Shown here piece by piece: positions 1-11,344 of a stretch of DNA of 64,000 nt. The stretch is from NCBI GenBank assembly GCA_002269645.1, contig NIVC01001700.1, positions 8,676-72,675 on the forward strand, given 5' to 3'. Both the position numbers and the translations under genes were made by a program. Source of the DNA: Macrostomum lignano. Its lineage: Eukaryota. The stretch's first letter is position 1, and each line of letters opens with the position of its first letter. The notes under the pieces were generated by a model. It was not told the DNA's origin. It made no database searches and saw only the letters and a list, made by a program, of their open reading frames with translations.

Positions 1-1424
1 TAGTGACACCCCAGCTGTTTCTAGTGACACCTCAGCTGTTTCTAATGACACCCCGCTGTTTCTAGTGACACTCAACTGTGTTTTTAGTGACACCCCTGTG
101 TTTTTAGTGACACCCCTGTGTTTTTAGTGACACCCCTGTGCTTTTAGTGACACCCCTGTGTTTTTAGTGACACCCCTGTGTTTTTAGTGACACCCCTGTG
201 CTTTTAGTGACACCCCTGTGTTTTTAGTGACACCCCTGTGTTTCTAGTGACACCCCTGTGTTTCTAGTGACACCCCTGTGTTTTTAGTGACACCCCTGTG
301 TTTCTAGTGACACCCCTGTGTTTCTAGTGACACCATTGTGTTTTTAGTGACACCCCTGTGTTTCTAGTGACACCCCTGTGTTTTTAGTGACACCCCTGTG
401 TTTCTAGTGACACCCCTGTGTTTCTAGTGACACCACTGTGTTTCTAGTGACACCCCTGTGTTTCTAGTGACACCACTGTGTTTCTAGTGACACCCCTGTG
501 TTTCTAGTGACACCATTGTGTTTTTAGTGACACCCCTGTGTTTCTAGTGACACCCCTGTGTTTTTAGTGACACCCCTGTGTTTCTAGTGACACCCCTGTG
601 TTTCTAGTGACACCCCTGTGTTTTTAGTGACACCCCTGTGTTTCTAGTGACACCCCTGTGTTTCTAGTGACACCATTGTGTTTTTAGTGACACCCCTGTG
701 TTTTTAGTGACACCCCTGTGTTTTTAGTGACACCCCTGTGTTTCTAGTGACACCCCTGTGTTTCTAGTGACACCCCTGTGTTTTTAGTGACACCCCTGTG
801 TTTCTAGTGACACCCCTGTGTTTTTAGTGACACCCCTGTGTTTTTAGTGACACCCCTGTGTTTCTAGTGACACCCCTGTGTTTTTAGTGACACCCCTGTG
901 TTTCTAGTGACACCACTGTGCTTCTAGTGACACCCCTGTGTTTCTGGTGACACCATTGTGTTTTTAGTGACACCCCTGTGTTTCTAGTGACACCCCTGTG
1001 TTTTTAGTGACACCCCTGTGTTTCTAGTGACACCCCTGTGTTTCTAGTGACACCCCTGTGTTTCTAGTGACACCCCTGTGTTTCTAGTGACACCTTGCTG
1101 TTTCTAGTGACACCCCGCTGTTTCTAGTGACACCCAGCTGTTTCTAGTGAAACCAGCTGTTTCTAGTGACACCCAGCTGTTTCTAGTGAAACCAGCTGTT
1201 TCTAGTGACACCCAGCTGTTTCTAATGACCCCAGCTGTTTCTAGTGACACCCAGCTGTTTTTAGTGACACCCAGCTGTTTTTAGTGACACCCCTGTGTTT
1301 CTAGTGACACCCCTGTGTTTCTAGTGACACCCAGCTGTTTCTAGTGACACCCAGCTGTTTCTAGTGACACCCAGCTGTTTCTAGTGACACCCCGCTGTTT
1401 CTAGTGACACCCAGCTGTTTCTAC
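1..1424. repeat. Minisatellite, 20-bp unit TT(T/C)TAGTGACACCCCTGTG, degenerating to 19-bp CCAGCTG variants at the edges
   Basis: Directly visible tandem array of about 70 units; runs off the left edge of the window. Confidence 0.97.
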
Positions 1425-1498
1425 TTTGTATGACACTCCTGTGTTTTTCCTTATGCCCTCTGAAAAAGTTTGCATTTGAAAGCACGACAGAAACTTAC

Positions 1499-1642
1499 AG
1501 GAGCGCACCTGGACCAGAGTCTCCGGGTCGGGGCCTAAATGGAAACTGCTGACATTTATAAAAGTGATGTTGAATAATCTGGCCACCTCGGAACTGTTCA
1601 AGCTGGTTAGAGAGTTCAAAATCTTCACATCGTTGTGCACAC
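1499..1642 (-). CDS. Possible internal coding exon of an unidentified gene
   Basis: On the minus strand GAATGCAG|GTGTGCAC...CGCTCCT|GTAAGT brackets a 144-nt open phase 1-1 exon reading VHNDVKILNSLTSLNSSEVARLFNITFINVSSFHLGPDPETLVQVRS, with three N-x-S/T sequons. No family recognised. Confidence 0.3.
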
Positions 1643-3696
1643 CTGCATTCGGGTCGGAGGGTTATAAAATCATGTCTCAAAGCCTCGAAAGATAGCTTAG
1701 TTACCGCGCGAATGTGTTCCTCATTCGGACTCATCGCGCTATGCAAACGCCCCAGAAGCAATAAATTTTGCAAAATACTGAATGCCAAATTTTCTTCAAT
1801 AAATTAAAATAAATCTGGGGATTTGGACGCGACTTGAATCGGTGCCAGTCGGAACGGGGGCGTGCGTTTTTTTATTTTCTCCCCCCATCTTTTCCAGGAA
1901 AAATAATAGCGCAAGCCAGAGCGTGAACGGCGTTCGTCTTTCCGGTTGGCGAGCGTTTTGAATTGCGACTGCGCCTCCAGGTTGTAATTCATTATTGGCA
2001 CCGCTGTATTCGTCTGTTTGGCCCAGTTTCCAGATGAGCTGCCTTCAACCCGCCTGGCCATCGGGGCTGGCAAGGGGGCTGGAAGGGGAAAGAAATTATC
2101 CCACTAGAAAAGGCCCTGCAGCAGCGCAAAAGAAGCGCCTTGTCGAGCGCTAATCCCGGATCCGCACAGAGCAGGTCCTGCTGTCGCACAATTCGTGACA
2201 GTCCAGGCCAGCGGCAATAATCTCACGAGCTCGTTCGAGATCAAAAACCGATCAGAAAATTTATCTATATAATAATTTATTCACCCAATAATAATTGTCC
2301 TCGCGCCTCGTCGGGCTTCGTTATTTCCAACCTCTTGGGAATGGAAAGATTTGATGCTGCATTGGACGAGGGGAGCGCTGTGTTTCTTAGAGAAGCTGGT
2401 TAATAGTTTTTCTAGATAAAAAACATTTTCGGCAGTAAAAGGATCAGCAGTTGAAAGTTTTCCCTACCAATCTTGATAGTTTGCGACTTAGCCGCAGATG
2501 CCGCAATAGTCAGCAGTAGAATTGTCGCAAACAGAGATCTCAAGAATCCAGGATTTGGCTGCGACATTGTTTCGCACTGGCCTCCTTAATTGCGTTCAAG
2601 CTGCAGGCATGTAAAACTTTTCTTAAACTTGTTTTTGTTTCACTGTGGAGCTCTTTCCACCTATAGGTGGCTTATAGATATACCCCCGGCCCAGTGAAGC
2701 TGCATCTAAACTGTACACTCAATGCCATGCACATTTAACTGAATGCAGCTGTGCTCAAACGCACACAACTTCTCAAGCGGGTATTCAGACCTCACTTTCG
2801 TAGATTGAACTCACTTTGCTTGCTGCCTATTGTCACTGAAATACTGTTCCGAAATTAGTCGGAGGGAGCAGACAGTGCTCATCTGTAACTGCTTTACCTA
2901 ATGTGATTCTCTCGGCATTTTCGGCAGAATTGAGCTCGAAACACGATTTCCTGTTTACGACCGGCAGTGCAATTTTGCTTTAGTAGAAACTTGGAACAAG
3001 AAACACGCTAGCTGTCTGCGATTTAAATCGAGATTTAGCTTTTAACTAAAGTCTTATCCATGTAAAAAAATGAAAAGCGTTTAAATATGGAGAAAAAAGC
3101 GGTAAATACAGCTGCGTGAATTGCATGTCAGTTTTTTAATGTGTACAGGTGTATGTTATGTGCATTGACCTTCAATACGGGATATGTAACATGTAGGGGT
3201 TTCATGTGCACGCGAAGGCGTATTCAGCATGCCAGTGAAGTATGAGACAGACTAGGCCTACGAGCTAAGGTCTGCGATGCTTCACGCCTGCCCCTATCTT
3301 CAGCAGGTCAAGGCTGGTGGGAGGTCTGCATCCTCTATTTGCCTCTGGCAGCGGCAGACTCCCCCACGCTGTCTCGCAAGTCGATCCAGGGGTACCCGTC
3401 CCCGCGTGTGTTCAAGGCAGACCCTAGGGCTGCTGGACAGACTGGGCTCCGGCGCTGGCGACCCATCCTGTGGCTTCGGCCGAATTTGGGTATGCGGGTC
3501 TGGCTCGCCAGCATGCAGGTCGTGGTACTGCTTAACGTACCCTCTAATGCCTAAGGTGTTTGACCGTGCCGATGGGCTGGAAGGCCGGGGAGTAGTCCGG
3601 TCGCTAGCGGTCCCTTTTTCAAACCGGCTGGCTTGGGGTGTCGGCCAGTCGGGTACTCAACTCGCATAACGAGTAGCCCTCCCCCGCTTTTCAGCT

Positions 3697-5221
3697 ATGG
3701 CCACTATTGCCACCATTCCTAAAGAAACTGACCCGGTCGCCTCTGGCCCACCGGGATTAGCCGCTCCGGTAGCTACCACTGGTAGCACCAACGCCCAACC
3801 TGGTCCAACCGGGCCAGCTGACGCTGCCGCCGAGCACCCTGGCCGCCAGTCTAACCGACCGCGCACGGCCGAGTCCCGACGGCAGCGAAACATCCGCCAC
3901 AACCGTAAGCGGCAGGAGAAGCGGGCTGCTGCTGCGTCCGCGGAGGGCGGGCAAGCCGCGGTGAGGCCTCCGGGAGCCACCGCAGCGGGGAGGCCCTCTG
4001 GGGAGTCCGGTGGCTCGGCTGGGCCGTCAGGAACCGCCGTGTCCTCGGACTCTCAGGGGGGCAACCCTGCCGGCCTACCGCTCTCCAAGGACAAAGCGGC
4101 CCCGCCCAAGACCTCCGAGTCCTACGCCTCCAAGGTCAAGCAGCCGCTGCAACCCGCCGTGATGATCCTCGGCGGGGATTTTGACCTGACGCCCGAGCAG
4201 CTCGACGTCGCGTGGCGTACCATCGACGAGGGCTTGCTCAACCTAACCCTGGAGGGCGTCTTCGTGGACATCGTCAAGTCCACCAAGGCGAACGGGTGCA
4301 TTTGTGGTGCAAATCCGAGGAAAGCACCCAGCTCCTGCGGGATCAGCCGCCCAAGTTCGACTGGCACAGCGACCTGGGCCAGCTGACCTTCGCCCTGGAG
4401 AGCGAGCGGCCGAAGACCATCCGCCATCGGATTTGGGTCCCGGCCGACAGTGCGATCAAGTCCGGGGAGCATCTGCGGCAGCTCCTGCTCAAGCGGCACC
4501 CGGATCTCGACGCCAGTGGTCTTGTGTACCACAGCACGGTCCGCAAGGGCACGACCGGGGCCACCGTCATCCTCGGCCTGACGGAGAGATGGGCCAAGCG
4601 GCTACCGCACGGCACAAACCTCCACCTTGGTCTCCATCAACTGACCATCTTCCGCTGTGAGGAGAGCATGGTGGAGACCAAGAACGACGGGAAGCGCGCC
4701 GCTCCCGGAGCTGGGGCTCAGGCTCCACCGGCCAAGCGGCAGCAGCAACCCGATCCCGAGCCTAACAAGGCTATTCGCGCTGCTGAGTCCGCCTCGCGCG
4801 GACGTAGACCCGCCCGCAGTACCGGCGGTCCGGGCTAATCCAGCGCGCACTTGACGAAGCTCAGTCTCTGAGACTTCACCTCGAGCAGACTCGAGCCGCT
4901 CGCAAAAACACTGAAAGCCAGCCGAGGGAACTGGACGACGGCATGGCTCAGCCTTCCAACTGGTGGGATTACCACCAGGAGGACGCTGCCGGCCGAGCTC
5001 AGACTCCCGACGGCGGGGCGCAAGGCGAAGGCAGCAGCCGTACCCCAGTCGCTGGGGAGGAGGGCGGTGTAGCGCGGCTAGGTGACTCACCTGCCGTGGG
5101 CGCCGTGTCCGCCTCCGCGGCGGCTGGGGAGGCGGCTGAGCTTGAGCCAATGGAAATTGGCGACTCAACTCTCACCGATGAGGCTGAGAATGAGTTGCTT
5201 TTCTCCTCCCCTGGACAGTAG
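3697..5221 (+). pseudogene. LINE E1 ORF1 (DUF4780-like core, acidic C-terminal tail), frameshifted
   Basis: Pieces 3697-4386, 4212-4838 and 4943-5221 lie in different frames. RIWVPADSAIKSGEHLRQLLLKRHPDL resembles LOA ORF1 cores; the tail EPMEI...EAENELLFSSP is also present in E2. Confidence 0.7.
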
Positions 5222-5223
5222 AC

Positions 5224-8200
5224 ATGACTGTCTCCCAGGGCATCCACTGCTTGCAGGTCAACCTGCAGCACAGCATTGCTGCTTCAGTCAACCTCTTGAA
5301 GCACACTGACCAATACGTGCCAGGGATTATCCTTATCCAGGAACCTTGGACGCTAAGGGGCAGGCCCCAACATGTCCCCACCGGCTACCAGTGTTTAACC
5401 GCTGGCACCCGGGAGGGAAACCTGGCACCAAGGTCCTGCATCATGGTGTCCAGTTATAGTAACGCATGGCTCAGATCGGACCTGTCCACCAGGGACATCT
5501 GCGTCATCCAATCTGAAGACATACTCCCTGGGAGGACTACCCTCATCGCCTCGGTTTACCTACCGGGCGACGGTGAGATGATCCCAGGGGAGCTTGTCAC
5601 ACTGGTCGAGCTCTGCTCCACCAGAAATTATGAGCTGCTTGTGGCAAGCGATATCAACGCCCACCATACCCACTGGGGCAGTTCTGATATTAACCAGAGA
5701 GGTGAAGACTTCCTGGCTTATATTGCTACTACAACCCTTGAGTTCTGTAACACGGGTAGTACCCCTACCTTCAATAACGGACGCCGATCGGAGGTGCTGG
5801 ATGCCACCCTCGCCACGCCCAGGCTCTTCCAGAGCACTAGGGAGTGGCGGGTGCTTCCTGAGGCGTCCCTCTCCGATAACAAGTTCATCTCTCTCACGCT
5901 GGCCAGCGCCCGAAACGCAGGCCAGCTTTACTGGAAACGGAATGCTAGGAATACCAACTGGACCGCCTTCAGGCTTGCCCTGGAGGAGACCTATCGTTGC
6001 ACTAGCGCTCCAGTCTCCATCAGCACCTGCGAGGAAGCAGATGAATTTGCGGCCGCACTTACAGACTCGCTCACTGCTGCCTTCGAAGCCTCATGCCCAC
6101 TAAAGGCATATAAAGGCAAACAGTCGGCCCCATGGTGGAACTCGCAGCTTGGCGGTACGTGGGCGGTCACGTACTGGCTGACTCAATCATCACGGAGGAC
6201 CGCGTTACTAAAGCAGTCTCCTCCTTCAAACCCTTCAAATCCCCAGGACCGGACGGCGTTGTGCCAGCCTTCCTGCGAGAGGCGGTGAAATGCACCGGTT
6301 TCCTGTGGAACCCTTGCCGGCTTCTGAAAGCTTGCATTGTTCTCGGCTTTGTTCCGAAACCCTGGACCGAGGCCAAGGTGGTTTTTATCCCCAAGCCCGG
6401 CCGACCGGACTACCGGTCCATTAAATCCTTCAGACCAATTAGCCTCACCTCCTCACTGGTGAAGCTGTTGGAGAGACTGGTGCTCTGGCGCCTCCTCTCT
6501 GTCGAACTGAAGAACAAGCCGCTCAGTGAGAACCAGCACGCCTTTCGGGCAGGCAGGTCCACGGAGAGCGCGCTTCATGTCTTGGTCGACATGCTGGAGA
6601 AAGCTGTTCTTGGTAATGGCTACGTTCTCGCTGTCTTCCTCGACATTGTTGGAGCCTTCGATAATGTCTTCTTTGAGGCTTTTGACAGAGCTCTACGTGC
6701 TAGAGGAACCCACTCGCACCTCACCCGGTGGATCATGTATATGATCAGCCATCGTACTGCCACCGCACACCTGTTGGGCCACCAACGGACGGTTAACCGT
6801 CTGCAAAGGCACCCCCCAGGGCGGTGTCCTCTCTCCAGTGGAACATGGTCATCGATGAGCTCCTCCAGGACAGCTATCTTGACCCCATCCTTAAGGTCGG
6901 TTACGCCGATGATGTCACAGCCGTAGCATCCGGACCGTCACCTGAAACCCTTAGGGACCTTCTGCAAAACTTTATTCGCTCTGCTGAACAATGGGCGGAC
7001 AGGTGCGGCCTTAGGCTCTCTGAGACCAAAACTGTCGCGATCATGTTCACCAGCAGGGTAAACTGGCGTATTCGCCCACTAAAGCTTTACGGGGTGGAAA
7101 TCCCATCCTGCAAGCAAGCCAAGTGTCTCGGCGTTACGCTGGACCACCGGCTGAGCTGGTCCACCCACGTCCAGGCCAAAACCAAAAAAGCCCTCGCGAT
7201 TCTTGCGCAGCTGCGCAGAGCCGTCGGCACCACCTAGGGCCTCACCCCTAAACGGCTCTGGTGGATCTATGCCGCAATGGTCCGACCGGCCGTTACTTAC
7301 GCCGGCCTGGTCTGGACCAGCGCCTTGCAGATTAAAACCTGCCACGAAGCCCTCAAAAAGGTGCAGGGACGTGCGTGCCGCATGATCCTGAATGCCCCGC
7401 TCTCTGCTCCCTTTGACGGCCTCAACGCCTTTCTTTGCCTCCCGCCTCTGGACATCTTTGTCCGTCGCGAGGCTGCTAAAACCACCCACCGGCTCATCGA
7501 GGCTGGCGTTAGCTTCAAGCCACAAAGAGCGATGGCGAAGCGCAAGCTCCTGCCGCACTCTGACCTGTGCCGTAAAGTTCTGGAGGAGAGTGGGAGTGCG
7601 GCTGTCCTTTCGGACGCTGAGCCGCGCTCCCTCAATCTCTACCAACGCTTCAAGGTCACTATCCCGTCCAGGGAGAACGCCAACGACAGCTGGGCCCCTC
7701 AGTAGGTTCACTGCTTTACTGACGGATCCTCCAAAGACGGTTTATCCGGCTTTGGAGTCTGCATCCTTATCAACGGCCGCGTGATCGCTACTCACACCCA
7801 ACACACTGGCAGACTCTCCAGCGTCTTCCAGAACGAAGTCCTTGCCATCAGCTCCTGTGCAGCTGAGCTCCACTGCAGGGACTTCAAGGACAGAAGAATT
7901 TTCTTCCACTCTGACAGCCAGGCCGCTTTGCAGGCCCTGTGTCACACCACTACGAACTCCCGAACAGTCCGCGACTGTATCGGGCAGCTCAACAAGCTGG
8001 CTCGGAGGAACACCGTCCGGCTTACGTGGATCCCAGGACACGCCGGCTTCAAAGGTACCGAGCTCGCCGACTCCCTCGCTAAGGCGGGCTGTTCCGGCTC
8101 GCCCCTTGGCCCCGTGCCCCTGGCCCCCATCCCCGCCACAGTCATTAATCGTCAGATTAACGACTGGGCGGACATCCTGCACTTACGCAGATGGGATGGT

Positions 8201-8596
8201 ATCTCCAACTGCCGCCAATCTCGTGCGGCAGTGCCCAAGCCGTCCCTCAAGCTGCGGAGAATCCTTTTGAACCAAAATCGAAAAGATATCCGCGCTCTCA
8301 CTATGACCTTCACAGGTCACGGTTGCTTTGCCAGGCACTGTTTCCTCCGAAGTGCCCACCGGAGCGAACTTTGCCCTTTTTGCAACCTCGAGAACGAAGA
8401 CGCCAAGCACTTCGTCTGCTACTGCCCGGCCTTCAATCGAGACCGGCTCAACCACCTCGGGCCCAACCCGTCCCTGGACGACGTTTGCCGGCCCGAGAAC
8501 ATCCCACGGCTCATCCGGTTCCTCCGAGCCACCAAGCGAGCCTCCGTCTTCCCCACCGAAGACAACGCTGCAGACAGGACCGGCAGACCTCCCTGA
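5224..8596 (+). pseudogene. LINE E1 ORF2: AP endonuclease, reverse transcriptase, RNase H, C-terminal CCHC-like finger; disrupted
   Basis: APE motifs LQVNLQH, LIQEPW, SDINAHHTHWGS, PTF, SDNK; RT motifs KSPGPDG, FIPKPG, RPISL, QHAFRAG, FLDIVGAFD, YADD; RNase H motifs CFTDGS, SDSQAAL, WIPGHAG; CPFC...HFVCYC. Frameshifts, TAG stops at 7235-7237 and 7703-7705, and a deletion after PWWNSQL. Confidence 0.93.
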
Positions 8597-10195
8597 CCGG
8601 CCCCGCGCGCCCTAGCCTATGTGGGTCTTTCAGAGATTAGCGGAATGGGCGACGCTCGCCTCCCCGCTGCGTCTTCGGACAGCCCTGCAACTAAGTCAAG
8701 TAAGTCAAGGGGTTTCATGTATCTGCTCCGAATCATGAAATAAACAAGAATCCTGTATACACTCGTCAAAGATTGATCCAATTATTTCGGATTGTTGCGA
8801 TTTTATAGTAATTCTATCGGTGAAGTGGGCTTTGAAGCTAGATGAATTAAACAGTCTCAGAATGAAGCTTCAATTAGCTTGTATGAGTTTAAAAAACCGA
8901 AAGAAATATATAATATTATGAATTGATAAACAACCAATTGCAAAATACACGACGTGCATCTTCTTTTAAAAAAATTTCAATAATTTGTAAGGCGTTTTCC
9001 GTCATTGAATCGTCATTAAGCGTAGTTTATACGCTCGAAATTTAATTATCGTGGATATTTTCGTTGGTCTATGATAAAGTGAAAAGTATTTGAGCAAAAA
9101 TATGTCTACTTTGAGCATCTTTTTGTATTTAAATGGATTTAAAGCGTAATATTCCACAATAATGCTCGAATCAGCTGTTTAGTTGAGCACGTGCACTTGC
9201 ACGTGTTTGATTTATATTTACACTTTCTTAGAAAGAAATTCATAATTGACACGTCAGAGTTGGCAAAGTTGGAGATCTTGCCACGTGTATTCTGTCACTA
9301 TGACTGCTGATGACATATGATGCGGACTTGCTAGTCGTAGTTGGTGTTGGTTGCTTGTTTATAGTTCTTATAAGGATGCAAATGTATATTTTCTTTGTTG
9401 TATTATGATAATACTTGCTCATTACAAATTTCAATCAGTTTTAGTAGACCTACTACAGAGGCTTATATTATAGGCTACAGGACTAAAACGAAAATTGAAA
9501 TTTCTTAGTACAACTGGAAGAAGCTTGTAAAACACATGTATATCTTAGAGATGTGATATTGTGATTGTATTGTAAGTTCTTTTTGGGTGGTTGCTAAGTC
9601 AAGATACAAGAGAATTATCTATGAATAATGTTTTATTATTCTATAAAATTCAAGCTCTAACATAATAAGAGCTTGAATTTTAACCCAATAGTTCTAACTT
9701 ATAATGAGTGTTTAAACATTTTAATTTAAATTATATAACTTTTTAAAAATCCTATATCTAGCTTTAAAAGTCATAAACAAGTTGAAATATTTTTTATTAT
9801 ATATTTTTAATTTTGTATGATTTTTAGGCCTACTAATGCTACACTCTATATCTTTAACAATATTATCTGTTTTATTGATAATTTTAGTTTCTTTGATCAT
9901 AATGTTTTGTTTTACTTATTATATATATTTATGTTAGAGTAAAACTCTTTATTAATTTGCCTTAGCCAAAAGTTATATCTTCAATTCAAGAACTTTTTAT
10001 AATGAAGACCTAATTATTATTTTTACTCCAAGTAGGCCTAAGCCTAGAAAGTTTTAAATACTAAATAGCATTTTGAACATATTAATTGGCCTTTTTACAT
10101 TCAATCTCTTGACTTTATGAATATTTGACTATCAGAATTAAATTGAAACTATATAGAACAACAAGAAAACATTTTCAATTGACTTAATTTCTCTA

Positions 10196-10780
10196 TTGAT
10201 CTTTTCTATGCATGCAATGTCATCATCAGGTACATACACCTCTTCTAGTATTTACCATCAAAATTCTAAACCATCTTCATTTGGACAAATTGGATATGTA
10301 GCCAGCAGCAGTCGCTTATCATTTGGCATCTTGCCATTGGAACTGGATTTCTCTACAACTGGCAGTCAAGCCAGCAGCAGCATTGGCTCAGACAGTATGG
10401 AAGCATTGCCACCCCCTCAGCACTCTGCACTGTATAATAGCAGCGACAGTATCAATGATAGCTTTGAAGCTGAGGAAACTCACAGTGACATTTATGATGC
10501 TGTCAATAATGATGAATGGAGCCAAGCCGCCGCGCCTCTGTCTGTGAGCCTGCTGCGCCAGCTGGACATCTCGCCTGGCATCATGCAGTGCATGAAAGCT
10601 GAGCTGCCTATCTATGACAACTGTGACCAAATTGGTGCCACCTATTCCAGTGCGGACTTGAAGCATTCCTCTGTCTCTGGCGGCAGAGGCCCCACCAGCC
10701 TGCGCCCACTGACTGTGGTGAGGCCTCGAGTCACCTGCCTGCGCTATGGCAGACCGCTGCGCCTCCCCAGCTTTACCTGA
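10196..10780 (+). CDS. Unassigned 194-codon Ser/Asp-rich ORF (possible terminal exon or TE fragment)
   Basis: Long open frame with more GC-rich composition directly after an AT-rich tract; no motif recognised. Confidence 0.25.
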   Translation: MIFSMHAMSSSGTYTSSSIYHQNSKPSSFGQIGYVASSSRLSFGILPLELDFSTTGSQASSSIGSDSMEALPPPQHSALYNSSDSINDSFEAEETHSDIYDAVNNDEWSQAAAPLSVSLLRQLDISPGIMQCMKAELPIYDNCDQIGATYSSADLKHSSVSGGRGPTSLRPLTVVRPRVTCLRYGRPLRLPSFT

Positions 10781-11344
10781 TCGGCTTTCATTCTCATTGT
10801 AAATTTAAACTGTCATGTCTCTTCTCTCCCGTGTCCTCTCTTCTCTGACACCACAATTATACCGGTAAGCCTTGGGTGTCAGAGTCAGGTTACACAGTGC
10901 ACCCATCTAACTTTCCTGTGTGCAGTTGTTTCTTGTAGTTTATTCTAATTATTGATTTTTCGGTGTGGTGCGTTGAAGTTTTGCTTAGAAATTGTAGTAT
11001 GTAAATAAGTACTAATTAAATTCAATGCGATTCTTGGTGTCCATCTTCCACTTTTAGTTTTACTCTGTTTTGCTTTCATTTTGGTTATTTAGTTACAACC
11101 AGCATCATCACTGTACGAGCGTATCTATTCATACTATCTGAATCTTTCATTAATCCATTCAAAAAATTGTGCTGTTTTGGCTTCTGCATTATAATATTGA
11201 AAGTAGTTAGGCTTGCTCGAATACACTATTATTTATTTAATTTGTTCACTTGTCTAATGCGTAATGCATTACAGATGCGTACGTGTGCTTATGAATCCGG
11301 TGATAAAGAAATAATAGAAGTCTGTAACGCTACACAGCTGATCG

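Larger units (their letters stand above)
3208..8707 (+). mobile_element. Full-length decayed non-LTR retrotransposon, LOA/Lian-like (ORF1 + APE-RT-RNase H), copy E1
   Basis: 13-bp TSD AGGGGTTTCATGT at 3195-3207 and 8708-8720; 3' tail CTAAGTCAAGTAAGTCAAG; ORF2 carries APE, RT and RNase H motifs. Confidence 0.95.

Noticed and set aside
1-1424. CRISPR-like array (also considered for the 23.9, 38.0 and 53 kb arrays)
   Set aside because: Head-to-tail repeats without unique spacers, no cas genes, eukaryotic context.
3208-3310. Canonical HDV-like ribozyme at the LINE 5' end
   Set aside because: Helices are nested rather than pseudoknotted, and no L3/P1.1 pairing could be fitted in both copies; kept only as an unknown structured leader.
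7235-7237. Editing-type TGG-to-TAG signature in LINEs (also near 40880)
   Set aside because: Only two cases; indistinguishable from ordinary G-to-A transitions.
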